NCBI GenBank assembly: GCA_038831915.1
Contig: JAWBKB010000003.1
Location: 68,662-132,661, forward strand
Source: Candidatus Caldarchaeum sp.
Lineage (GTDB): Archaea; Thermoproteota; Nitrososphaeria_A; Caldarchaeales; Caldarchaeaceae
DNA length: 64,000 nt
Direction of reading: 5' to 3'
Part shown: piece after piece, positions 37,951-47,133 of the stretch
Layout: each line of letters starts with the position of its first letter
How positions within the stretch are numbered: the stretch's first letter is position 1
Position numbers and translations under genes: made by a program
Notes under the pieces: model-generated
What the model was told of the DNA's origin: nothing
Databases searched by the model: none
What the model saw: the letters and a program-made list of their open reading frames with translations, nothing else

Positions 37951-38250
37951 TTAAAAACAGCCGCCGGCAACAGGCGGAACCAACGCCACTTCATCCCCTT
38001 CGTTCAGAACAGTCGCCAACCCGTCGTGAAAATCGATGTCCCTGCCGTTCATAAAGATCTTGAACATCTTCTTGGGTGAGCCAGATTCATCGAGCACGGT
38101 TTCCACAAACTTTTGACCAAACTGTTTCGAAAGAATTTCCAGCAGAAACCTTACATCACCATGCTGTGAAAGCTCCACAAAAATTTTTCCAGATCCACCC
38201 AAAGCATCGCGAGCAGAAGCGTAAGCCTTGACGAAAACCCGCGCCATCAC
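37951..38250 (-). CDS. moaD: MoaD/ThiS-family ubiquitin-like sulfur carrier with a C-terminal Cys-Phe extension after the Gly-Gly
   Basis: 99 aa. The VFVKAYASARDALG...MNGRDIDFHDGLATVLNEGDEVALVPPVAGG pattern matches MoaD. The ORF ends ...AGGCF*, read directly from the reverse complement of 37951-37980. Confidence 0.6.
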   Translation of the reverse strand: MMARVFVKAYASARDALGGSGKIFVELSQHGDVRFLLEILSKQFGQKFVETVLDESGSPKKMFKIFMNGRDIDFHDGLATVLNEGDEVALVPPVAGGCF

Positions 38251-38341
38251 TAGCCATACACAAAAACATAAAAACCCAATTTAAACCAACCACGGGAAAA
38301 CCGAAAACGTATAAAACACACTCAGCCAACTTGACAGAGGG

Positions 38342-39178
38342 TTGGCGACCAAACTGAGAAAGGACTTCATCAAGCTCCTCGAAGAAGACCGAGAATTCAG
38401 ATACACAGTAGCGGGATACCTCGGCCTTTCAGAGATACTGAAAAGACTTGACACAGTCCAAGACCAGATAAGAGGATTACAGGAAGCGCAGAACAAGTTA
38501 TGGGAAGAAGTTCGCAGTCTAAGGGAAGGACAGAACAAGCTATGGGAAGAAGTGAGGAGCCTAAGAGAGGGGCAGAACAAGCTATGGGAGGAAGTACGCA
38601 GTCTAAGGGAAGGACAGAACAAGCTATGGGAAGAAGTGAGGAGCCTAAGAGAGGGGCAGAACAAGCTATGGGAGGAAGTTAGGAGCTTGAGAGAAGGCCA
38701 GAACAGTCTTTGGGAAGAGGTGAAAAATCTCCGTGCTGAGCAGATGAAGCTGCGTAACTATGTTATTTCTGGGTTTACTGAGCTTCGTTCGGCTTTGGGG
38801 GTGACTTTCGAGATGCATGCCGCAGCTTATTTGGAGCTTGTTTTGGATGAAATGGGTTATTCCTCAGCGAAAATTAATCGGAAGTTGTTTGTTCACGACG
38901 GCGAGGTTGTTGAGGTGAATCTTTTCTGTGAAGAGCCGTTGGTTGTGGGAGAGGTGACTGTTGCTGTGAGGAGCGAGGAAGACGCTGTTAGGGAGGTTGC
39001 GAAACTTGTTGAACGTGTCGATGTGGTGGTGTCGAAGTTTGGTAGGAAGCCTGATCTCACGGTTTTGTCGGTTGGCCGTGCTTCGCCTGAGGCGGCTGAA
39101 AAGCTTCGAGCCGAAGCTGAAAAACACGGTGTTAGGCTTGTTTTAGGCAGAGAAATTGAGGAATTTCTAAGCGTCTAG
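38342..39178 (+). CDS. coiled-coil protein with six tandem 14-aa repeats (LWEEVRSLREGQNK) and a C-terminal alpha/beta domain of unknown function
   Basis: 278-aa ORF. The repeat block is encoded by six to seven 42-nt tandem repeats at about 38484-38718. Confidence 0.55.
   Translation: MATKLRKDFIKLLEEDREFRYTVAGYLGLSEILKRLDTVQDQIRGLQEAQNKLWEEVRSLREGQNKLWEEVRSLREGQNKLWEEVRSLREGQNKLWEEVRSLREGQNKLWEEVRSLREGQNSLWEEVKNLRAEQMKLRNYVISGFTELRSALGVTFEMHAAAYLELVLDEMGYSSAKINRKLFVHDGEVVEVNLFCEEPLVVGEVTVAVRSEEDAVREVAKLVERVDVVVSKFGRKPDLTVLSVGRASPEAAEKLRAEAEKHGVRLVLGREIEEFLSV
38484..38718 (+). repeat. in-frame tandem repeat, 42-nt unit x ~6 (alternating two variants, i.e. an 84-nt higher-order repeat)
   Basis: gcagaacaagctatgggaagaagtgaggagcctaagagaggg alternating with gcagaacaagctatgggaggaagtacgcagtctaagggaagga, inside the CDS 38342..39178. 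Confidence 0.8.
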
Positions 39179-39307
39179 CAGGATTTTTGATGTTGGCTGG
39201 CGATTTCGCGTTTGGGCGGATGTTTCGGTTTTGCTGTGATTCCGCTAAGCATTACATTGTAGTTATGCGATGTCAGTTTAGTTGTTGTGTTGTGTTTGTG
39301 ACTGGTT

Positions 39308-40966
39308 TTATTTTTTGAGTATTTGTATGATGTGTTTGGCTGCGATGTATCCGAAGGTGCATGCTGGGCCGGGTGTTGAGCCTGGGCCGGGATATGTTCC
39401 TCCGAATATCGTGGCTGCGGTGTTTCCTGCGGCGTATATCCCGGGTATTGGGTGGCCGTCTTGATGTATGACTTGGGCGTTTTCGTTGGTGAGTAGCCCG
39501 CCGCATGTGCCAAGCTCTCCGGGATATACGGCTGTTGCGTAGAAAGGCGGGTGTGTTAGTGGGCCGAGGTTGGGGTTGGGTTTAACCGCCGGGTCGCTGT
39601 AGAAACGGTCGTACGCGCTTTCACCCCTGTGATAGTCTTCGTCCACTCCTTTCCGAGCCATTTCGTTGAACCGCTGACCTGTTTTCAGCAATCCTTTTTC
39701 GTCGACATCTATTTTTCGAGCGAGTTCTTCGAGGGAGTTGGCACGTGTCAAATATTGTGGGCTTGTTGCTTTTTCCGGTGTTCGTCTTGGCATGAGTGTT
39801 CCGAAGAGGTATTTGGAGCGGTGTTTGTTGTCGATGATGAGCCATGCGGGGATCGCTGCTGATGTTTTGCGTTGGTGGTTGTAGATGTCTCGCCAGCAGT
39901 CGACGTATGAAGCTGATTCGTTCATGAATCTTTCGCCGTTCTGGTCGACGATGAAGCCGAATGGTAGGGAGCGTTCGGCGAGGACAAAGGATGCACGTCC
40001 ATCGGGAGTTATTGCGACGGGGCCTCCCCATGCCTTATCCATCAAAGCGGTTTTGGCGCCGATTTCCATGGCGGCTTTGATAGCGTCACCTGTGTTGCCC
40101 GAAGCTCCCACCGTCCATTCCTAACTCGTCGGCTTGAGAAGAAACTGTTCCCGCATTTCTTGACTTTGTTCGAAGCCTCCAGCGGCGAGCAGAACGCCGC
40201 CTCGGGCCTTCACCGTCACGGGTTTTCCTTCGTGTAACACCACGGCGCCGACCACTCTGTCGTTTTCAACCAGCAGGCGTTCAAGCGGTGACTCGAGCCA
40301 GATTTTCACATTTTTCTGCAGACAGAGATAGAGCAGTTGACCGATGAGTGAGTTGCCGAGTGTGACGAGCCGGCGGCCAAGAAGCCTTCCGCCGACCAGC
40401 CGAAGCCCGAGCCGAAGCATGGTCGCCATGCCTGCCGAGCTCCGGGCCAAATACATCTTCGATGCCTCGGTTATGTAAATCGGTATGGGCGGAGCCCCGG
40501 GATATCGACGGAGTTTGTCACGCCATTTTCCGAGCTTGTTTACGTCGAAAGCGACTCCTTCGATTGCTCTTCCAAAAACGGAGCCTCCGGGTTTTTCAGG
40601 GTAGTAGTCAGGATATTCTACTGATGCTCTCCATCTGAAGCCGAGGTCTTCGAGGAACTTGACCATTTCAGGGCCGTTGGTGAGGTAGGCGTGGAATTTT
40701 TCCGGCGTCGTTGCTTCGCCTACTTCCGGGACAACGTGTTTGAGATATGTCATGGCTTCTTCGTAAGAATCTTTGAGACCAGCTCGAGCTGAAACATGAT
40801 TGTTGGGTATCCAGAGGCCTCCCCCGGACATCGCGCTCGAGCCGCCCACCAGCTCGGTCTTCTCAACAACTAATACTTCATAGCCGGCGTGACGAATTGT
40901 CAAGGCGCCTGTCAACGCGGCCGCTCCGCTGCCTACAACTAACGCATCGACCGATACATGTTCCAT
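39308..40966 (-). pseudogene. FAD-dependent oxidoreductase (fumarate reductase/3-ketosteroid dehydrogenase flavoprotein-like) interrupted by an in-frame TAG
   Basis: N-terminal ORF (40121..40966) has the FAD-binding motif VVGSGAAALTGA and ends ...FLLKPTS. TAG at 40121-40123 is in frame with the downstream ORF, which begins EWT(V)GASGNTGDAIKAAMEIGAK and ends ...YAAGNTAATIFGGTYPGPGSTPG. Confidence 0.6.
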
Positions 40967-41621
40967 GGCTCAATTATTATGTGGACTCATATTTGTTGCA
41001 TGTAGCCCGGGCTATATCTCGGCATATTGCGGTGTCTTCTGCTTGGGTAATGCTTATTATTGTCGGGCCTTGTGTGGTGATGGGTTGCAGGCTGAAGATG
41101 CTGAAGTTAGAAAGCTGGCGGAGTTGAAATCGTTTCTCGAACAAAGGCTTTCGGAGCTCGAAAAAGAAGCTGAAAACATCAAATCGTTGCTGGAAATCAT
41201 CGATAGGGAGCTTGTGGCGAAAAGCTTCAAAAAAGCTCAGCCACCCGCCGAACCTTCGGAGAAAGAACCATCAGCTCTCAGGATGATACGCAGCCGCTCT
41301 GGAACGCTTCTCGCCACGATGTCGCTGAAAGAACGTGAAGCCCGAATCGTTTTCAACCCCGAAATCAGAGTAACACAGGACATGCGGCCTTTTTCATCGT
41401 TTCTTCTCCGGAAGGTGCTGGATTCAATGCGTGAAGCTGACTTGCAGAAGGTTGTGGAGGGTAAGCTTGACCAGTCAAATGTTTTGACTTACGAAGTTAT
41501 TTACGACGGCGACGTGGCCCGTGAACTCGTGGTGAAAAACTACCGCGAAGAAGCAAGGCTGAGAGAAATAGTTAATTCTGTCAAATGGACGCTCGACACA
41601 ATCGCGTCGAGCACCCGGTAA
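40965..41621 (+). CDS. hypothetical coiled-coil protein
   Basis: 218-aa ORF. The true start is probably an internal Met. No family recognised. Confidence 0.35.
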   Translation: MAQLLCGLIFVACSPGYISAYCGVFCLGNAYYCRALCGDGLQAEDAEVRKLAELKSFLEQRLSELEKEAENIKSLLEIIDRELVAKSFKKAQPPAEPSEKEPSALRMIRSRSGTLLATMSLKEREARIVFNPEIRVTQDMRPFSSFLLRKVLDSMREADLQKVVEGKLDQSNVLTYEVIYDGDVARELVVKNYREEARLREIVNSVKWTLDTIASSTR

Positions 41622-41700
41622 CTGTTCGGGTATGACGGCTGAAACTTTGAAAATGTTCGAAAAACCATAGAATATAAGCTGGTTTCACGGCGTATTTTCC

Positions 41701-44424
41701 ATGGTTTTTTACAGCGGGTTACGGGCGATTCTACTGGCTTCAGCGGTTTTCGCATCATGTTTCCTTTTTCTCGCCTCAATTCCGCAAGCCGAAGCATCAA
41801 ATTGGACCGTTTTAATCGTCAGAACGGCGGACACAAACCAGCCTATAAGAGGAGCTGAAATAAAAGTAAACGGAACATCTTTAGGTTTTACAGATGCGAA
41901 CGGCCGGTACAACATCACCAACATAAACCGTCAAGCAACTTCCACTCTCACTGTTCTTTTCAGAGGATACGTTGTCTACAACAACCCTAGTTTCAGACCG
42001 AATTCTGCGCAGGTCACTATTCAGGTTAACGTCACCACGATGGTTATCAACATCCGAACTGCTTTGGGCAATCCTGTCGCATACGTCAGGCTTAACGTTT
42101 CCTACGGGTCTTTTCTGAACATGACGGTCACAGGTTCGGACGGCCGTGCGTCGATACCGTTCATGCCTAACACGACCTATACGATTATGGCGAGATACCG
42201 TGGCTACGACGTCGGACAAGTTCCAGTTAATTATGGAGGCGCACCCATCACCTTGAACGTCAACCTTTACAGCATTAGGGCCGAAGTTCAAGATTTCAAC
42301 GGAAACCCTGTTCCAAACGCCGTGGTGAAAGTCTGGTATGGAGCGAGGCAGACGGGGAATACAACTGGGTTCGAGTCGGCTACAAGCGATTCGAACGGAA
42401 TAGCCGTCATCGATAAACTTCCCAACGGAAACTATCCTTTGAACGTCGAATACCGAGATGAAACAGTTTACCAGTCATCGCTCAACGTCGTCGTCGGCGG
42501 TGGACAAGCCTCCCACGTCGCGAGAACAGAACTCGTCCGCTACCGTGTCCGCGTCCTCGACAACGACGGAATAGATTTGATGACTGGCATCAGTTTGGAG
42601 GCCCGTCTTTACCGCGACAACAATCCATACGGTGACCCTGCAGTAACCTCTACCGGCGAATTTTCTTTCGGACTTGTTGTCAGACGAAGCTATCTCCTTG
42701 TCATTAGGATGGGTGATTTGGAGGTTTTCCGCGACCAAGTGGAGGTGCCGCTTGTTACGGAGGTGCGGGCGAGGTTCTATGACGTGGCTGTGAGAATTGA
42801 TGCTTCCGGGACGCCGAGCGAAAGACTTGTCTCGACCGCGGGTGTTAAGTTGAGGGTCGGTGGCTACAATGTCGAAGCCACAACCACAAACGGCGCCACA
42901 GCGTTTCGCAACCTACCCGCCGGCCGCTACCAATACGAGCTGACACTAGGGCCCTACGTTATCGGCTCCGGTACAGTTGATGTAAACGTCGAAGACGCGC
43001 GGCTTATCCTCCGGCCAACCCTTTACACCGTCAAACTCATCATTAACAACGACCAAGGCCAGGGAATTCCGGCGTCGACACAGCTCAAAACATACGACGA
43101 CATCGTGATAGGAACTTTTCAGGCCAACGAGGAAGGCAGATTAACTATCAGCGGCCTTCTTCCGATTTTGTTTAGAGGTGTGGTGTCTTTCCGCGGTGTG
43201 ACGGTGAACGAGGGCTACGAGTTTCTCCTCGACGAAAACGAGAAAGAAGTAGTTGTCTCGACGCGGGTTTACAACGTTGTGCTGCGGGTGCAGGACTACG
43301 ATGGACAAGTGGATTTGGCTGACGCCGAAACATCTGTTTCACTCGGTCAAATACAGGAAACAGGCGCCACAAATTCGAGCGGCCGTGTTCAGTTCAGAAA
43401 CCTTCCGTTCGGAAGCTACGCGATTCGAATCAGCTACTTCAACGTGCCGGTTCATGAAGAAACGCTGCGAATTGAGGCGAGCAGGGAATTTGTCATTAAG
43501 GCCCGTAACGTAATTGACGTGGTTGTTGAAGTTGTTGACGATGATTCAGTTCCGCTTGAAAGCGGTGAGGTTGAAATTGTCTCCGGACCTATAAAGTTGA
43601 CGGATGCGATTTCTGAAGGCCGCGTTCGGTTTGAAAACATTCCAGCCAGTAATTACAGGGTTTTGGTGAAGTATAAAGGGCTTCCGGTCTACGACCGGCA
43701 GGTCTCTTTCAGAGCTGATGAGGAGCTTTTGAAGGTTTCCGCCGCGGTCTATTATCTCCGGTTGAATGTTGAAAAAGCAGATGGAACAGCTTTGCCGGCC
43801 GCCTATGTATCTGCTTTGCAGGGAGGTAGGAAAATCGTGGACGGGTTTACTGACTCGGCTGGACGCGCAGAGCTAAAGCTTCCAAGAGGAGAATTCCTCA
43901 TCGAAGTTGTTCACCAAGACACGAGAGTTGCGTCGCAGCAAGTATCACTCACCCAATCAACTCTGCTTAACGTCAAATCCAAGGTCTACCGTGTCGACGT
44001 TAGGCTTCTGAAGCCAGACGGCGAACCTGTCATCGGAGCCGAAATATCCGTGAGCCGGGGCGATAAAATCATCGAAAGAGCTGTGACCGACAGCGATGGA
44101 AAAGCACGGCTCTACGTCGCTGAAGGAGATTATTCGTGGTCGATGAAGATCGGGGAATACACGTATTCGTCGAGTTATTCGTCGCGGACGAACAAGGAGC
44201 TTGCGATTGTCCACGTCGAGGAGAATCCGCAGTGGCAGGGTGTTGTTCTGGCTGCGACAGCCGCTGTTTCGGCTTCGTCTGTTTTTGGTTTGGTCAGATG
44301 GGGTAGGCTTAAGCCGGCTGGAAGAACTCGAAGCCCGGCTAGAAAAACGCCGGTTCAGCAACAGCAGCCTCAGCCTGAGCGGCGACCTCAAACATTTAAA
44401 CGGCCGCGTCCACCACGAATTTAG
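41701..44424 (+). CDS. large secreted/surface protein built of repeated beta-sandwich (carboxypeptidase-regulatory/Ig-like) modules, with signal peptide, C-terminal TM anchor and basic tail
   Basis: N-terminal signal LLASAVFASCFLFLASIPQAEA. About 9 repeats of roughly 90 aa with NGxY/TDSxG motifs and many N-x-T/S sequons. C-terminal hydrophobic segment followed by an RK/Q/P-rich tail. Confidence 0.6.
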   Translation: MVFYSGLRAILLASAVFASCFLFLASIPQAEASNWTVLIVRTADTNQPIRGAEIKVNGTSLGFTDANGRYNITNINRQATSTLTVLFRGYVVYNNPSFRPNSAQVTIQVNVTTMVINIRTALGNPVAYVRLNVSYGSFLNMTVTGSDGRASIPFMPNTTYTIMARYRGYDVGQVPVNYGGAPITLNVNLYSIRAEVQDFNGNPVPNAVVKVWYGARQTGNTTGFESATSDSNGIAVIDKLPNGNYPLNVEYRDETVYQSSLNVVVGGGQASHVARTELVRYRVRVLDNDGIDLMTGISLEARLYRDNNPYGDPAVTSTGEFSFGLVVRRSYLLVIRMGDLEVFRDQVEVPLVTEVRARFYDVAVRIDASGTPSERLVSTAGVKLRVGGYNVEATTTNGATAFRNLPAGRYQYELTLGPYVIGSGTVDVNVEDARLILRPTLYTVKLIINNDQGQGIPASTQLKTYDDIVIGTFQANEEGRLTISGLLPILFRGVVSFRGVTVNEGYEFLLDENEKEVVVSTRVYNVVLRVQDYDGQVDLADAETSVSLGQIQETGATNSSGRVQFRNLPFGSYAIRISYFNVPVHEETLRIEASREFVIKARNVIDVVVEVVDDDSVPLESGEVEIVSGPIKLTDAISEGRVRFENIPASNYRVLVKYKGLPVYDRQVSFRADEELLKVSAAVYYLRLNVEKADGTALPAAYVSALQGGRKIVDGFTDSAGRAELKLPRGEFLIEVVHQDTRVASQQVSLTQSTLLNVKSKVYRVDVRLLKPDGEPVIGAEISVSRGDKIIERAVTDSDGKARLYVAEGDYSWSMKIGEYTYSSSYSSRTNKELAIVHVEENPQWQGVVLAATAAVSASSVFGLVRWGRLKPAGRTRSPARKTPVQQQQPQPERRPQTFKRPRPPRI

Positions 44425-44429
44425 CAAAT

Positions 44430-45014
44430 TTGAAGGCAAGGTTTTCGAAAATCCTTTACGGCGCTGTTTTGGTCGCGGCCGCTACGCTGCTTCTTCTTTC
44501 GGTGCTTCACATGTTTTTCGGCTTCACCTTCCCCTTGCTTGTGGTTAAAAGCGGCAGCATGAGGCCCGTCATTGAAGTCGGTGACATCATAGTTGTGCTC
44601 CCCGTGGATGTTAACCAGATCAGAGCCGACCCCTTGAACGGCGACGTCATCGTCTTCTACAGACCAGGTGAAAAAGGCTCTCTCGGCTCGATAATCGTTC
44701 ACAGAGCCATTGCACGTGTTTCGAACGGGTTTATCACGAAAGGCGATGCGAACGCTGCCGCTGACTATTGGGGCCCTGTTCCGTTTGACCATGTCATCGG
44801 CAGGTGGACAGGGGTGAGTATTCCATCGTGGACAGGCATCGGGTTCGTCAGCCTGTTTCTCCGCGGCGAAATCTACTATCCTGCAGGGCCTCTCCTCGTA
44901 GTCTTACTCATCGCTGTGAACATCTATTTCATGGCTCGCGACTATTCACGCAACAGGTCTAAGAAAAGCGATAGCGGCGAATCAGCCGCACCCTCCGACT
45001 CCATCCAATCATGA
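44430..45014 (+). CDS. archaeal-type signal peptidase I (S26/Sec11-like)
   Basis: N-terminal TM helix then catalytic Ser motif VVKSGSMRPVIEVGDIIVV. Lies directly downstream of the surface protein gene. Confidence 0.7.
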   Translation: MKARFSKILYGAVLVAAATLLLLSVLHMFFGFTFPLLVVKSGSMRPVIEVGDIIVVLPVDVNQIRADPLNGDVIVFYRPGEKGSLGSIIVHRAIARVSNGFITKGDANAAADYWGPVPFDHVIGRWTGVSIPSWTGIGFVSLFLRGEIYYPAGPLLVVLLIAVNIYFMARDYSRNRSKKSDSGESAAPSDSIQS

Positions 45015-45309
45015 AAAACCCGAGAGCCGCCACAGCAACCAAAACAGCCAACTCATACAATCCGAAGAACATGAAAACAGCAAGCGCGGCGGCCGATGCA
45101 GCCGATGAATAAAACACGGGCCGTGCTAGTTTCTTCGCTTCACCAAGATATTGGGGATGTTTTTCAACGAGATGGCGTGGGAAGGGAATTAGTGGAACGC
45201 AGACTGTTAGACACGCGTATTCGCCGGCCTGCTTCTCGGCCCATGAAACAGGTTCTCCGCAGAGCGGGCATCTGTGGACCGAAGCCAACTCAAATCTGCG
45301 TTCTGTCAT
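44959..45309 (-). CDS. small zinc-ribbon membrane protein (hypothetical)
   Basis: HRCPLCGEPVSW...ACLTVC followed by two hydrophobic helices. Coding status uncertain. Confidence 0.25.
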   Translation of the reverse strand: MTERRFELASVHRCPLCGEPVSWAEKQAGEYACLTVCVPLIPFPRHLVEKHPQYLGEAKKLARPVFYSSAASAAALAVFMFFGLYELAVLVAVAALGFFMIGWSRRVRLIRRYRFS

Positions 45310-46254
45310 CTATGTTATAAAGGTCCTGTGTTAACGCTTCGTGCGATGGAGAGGTTTCGAATCGAGCCTTCTACGCGGATGGCGTGGGTGTCGCTCATCG
45401 TCTCCGACATAGAGAGGTCGCTGCGTTTTTACACGGAGTTACTTGGGCTTGGGGTTGTGAAGAAGGGTTCAGATGGGGGAATCATGCTGGGGCCTTCCCC
45501 CGAAACCGTGGTCGCAACTCTATATGAGCAACAGGATGCACAGCCGGCAGTTGGACGACGAGGCCTTTACCACTACGCCTTGCTGCTTCCCAACCGACGA
45601 GATTTAGCCCGTGTTTTCGTGAGAATAGCCCGGCGATGGAATTTCGAGGGATTCGCAGACCATTTAGTCAGCGAAGCCCTATACATCCGAGACCCCGACG
45701 GCCATGGAATCGAACTCTACGCCGACAGGTCCTCCACGGAATGGATGCGTAATCCACGAGGTGAAATCGAGATGGCTACTTTTCCGCTTGACGTTGATTC
45801 ACTGCTCATGGAGCATAAACCTGAAGGAACTTCAGCCGCTTTGGCGGATGATTGGCGCATGCCGGAAGGGACACGTCTCGGCCATGTTCATCTCCATGTT
45901 TCATCCCTGGCCCGGGCTGCGAAATTCTACCACGAAACCCTCGGCTTCGACATCACCAACCGCAGCTATCCAGGAGCTTTGTTCATGTCGGCGGGAGGGT
46001 ATCATCACCACATCGCGGTAAACATCTGGGCCGGGACAAACGCCCCACCTCCTTCACCCAACCACGCGAGGCTCCGAAGCTTCGCCGCTAAACTACCTTC
46101 TCGACAGTCTTTGGAGAAAGTGGTTGAACGGCTGAAGAGAGGCGGATTTGACGTGCACAACTCTTTGACCACATCCGTTGCTGGCTACGATGGGTTTTCC
46201 GTCTTGGATTTCGACGGCAACGTAGTCGAATTGGTTTGTCGAAGAGATTTTTAA
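45274..46254 (+). CDS. two-domain glyoxalase/VOC-family (extradiol dioxygenase-like) protein
   Basis: Two VOC modules (WVSLIVSDIERSLRFYTELLG... and GHVHLHVSSLARAAKFYHETLGF). Probable start at the Met near 45345 (MERFRIEPS). Confidence 0.6.
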   Translation: MDRSQLKSAFCHLCYKGPVLTLRAMERFRIEPSTRMAWVSLIVSDIERSLRFYTELLGLGVVKKGSDGGIMLGPSPETVVATLYEQQDAQPAVGRRGLYHYALLLPNRRDLARVFVRIARRWNFEGFADHLVSEALYIRDPDGHGIELYADRSSTEWMRNPRGEIEMATFPLDVDSLLMEHKPEGTSAALADDWRMPEGTRLGHVHLHVSSLARAAKFYHETLGFDITNRSYPGALFMSAGGYHHHIAVNIWAGTNAPPPSPNHARLRSFAAKLPSRQSLEKVVERLKRGGFDVHNSLTTSVAGYDGFSVLDFDGNVVELVCRRDF

Positions 46255-46267
46255 GGCCCGTGAGAAA

Positions 46268-47119
46268 GTGTTGCCGATGCTTCTCGGAGCACATGTCTCG
46301 ATTTCAGGCTCGGTTGCCATGGCTGTTGACAGGGCGGTCGAGCTGGGATGCACCACTTTCCAAATATTCACGCGGAATCCGCGTGGATGGACTTACACAA
46401 AGCTCAAGCAAACCGAAGTCAGCGAATTCCGTGAAAAATTCGCCAAAGCCGGGTACAAAGTGGCTATGGCTCACATGCCTTATCTCCCTAACATCGCGTC
46501 GCCGAAAAAACTCATCTACGATAAATCCGTGAAATCTCTAGCCGCTGAGCTGGAAAGATGCGGCCTTCTCGGAATAGACCTACTCGTAGTCCACATAGGA
46601 AGCCATCTAGGAGCTGGAATAGAAAAGGGAATAAACAACGCCGCGAACGCCGTCAACACAGCACTGAGAAAAGTCGACAACAAAGTGATTGTTTTGTTGG
46701 AGAACATGGCGGGCCAGCGAAATTCATGCGGCTCAAAGTTCGAAGATATTTCTCAGATTTTACGGAAAATCGAACAGCCTGAACGGGTTGGAATTTGTCT
46801 CGACACGTGTCATTTGTTGGCCGCGGGATACGACATACGCAACGTCGAAGCCGTTGAAAGAACTTTGAACCAATTCGACCGAGTGATTGGGCTGGAAAAG
46901 TTGAAAGCCGTTCATCTTAACGATTCGAAAGGCGGGTTAGGCAGCGGTCTTGACAGGCATGAACACATCGGGCACGGCAACATCGGCGACGAAGGATTCA
47001 GGGCTTTCATCAACCACCGCGTCATCAGGGACAAGCCCATGGTCATCGAAACACCTGAAGACGACGCAGGCAACTACCAAACAGATCTCCAAAAACTTCG
47101 CAGCCTATACAAGCCGTAG
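46268..47119 (+). CDS. nfo: endonuclease IV (AP endonuclease, xylose-isomerase-like TIM barrel)
   Basis: Nfo-like motifs LGAHVSISG, HAPYL-like HMPYLPN, LENMAGQ, HLND. Confidence 0.8.
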   Translation: MLPMLLGAHVSISGSVAMAVDRAVELGCTTFQIFTRNPRGWTYTKLKQTEVSEFREKFAKAGYKVAMAHMPYLPNIASPKKLIYDKSVKSLAAELERCGLLGIDLLVVHIGSHLGAGIEKGINNAANAVNTALRKVDNKVIVLLENMAGQRNSCGSKFEDISQILRKIEQPERVGICLDTCHLLAAGYDIRNVEAVERTLNQFDRVIGLEKLKAVHLNDSKGGLGSGLDRHEHIGHGNIGDEGFRAFINHRVIRDKPMVIETPEDDAGNYQTDLQKLRSLYKP

Positions 47120-47133
47120 CGGAGAGATGTGAA

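Noticed and set aside
38281-38664. 127-aa minus-strand ORF with FCPSLRL(L/R)TSSHSL repeats
   Set aside because: It is the antisense reading of the 42-nt tandem repeat inside the plus-strand coiled-coil gene. Low complexity, no start context. Spurious.
38484-38718. Possible CRISPR array (regular repeats)
   Set aside because: Repeats are directly tandem with no spacers, are in frame within a CDS and encode a heptad coiled coil. Not CRISPR.
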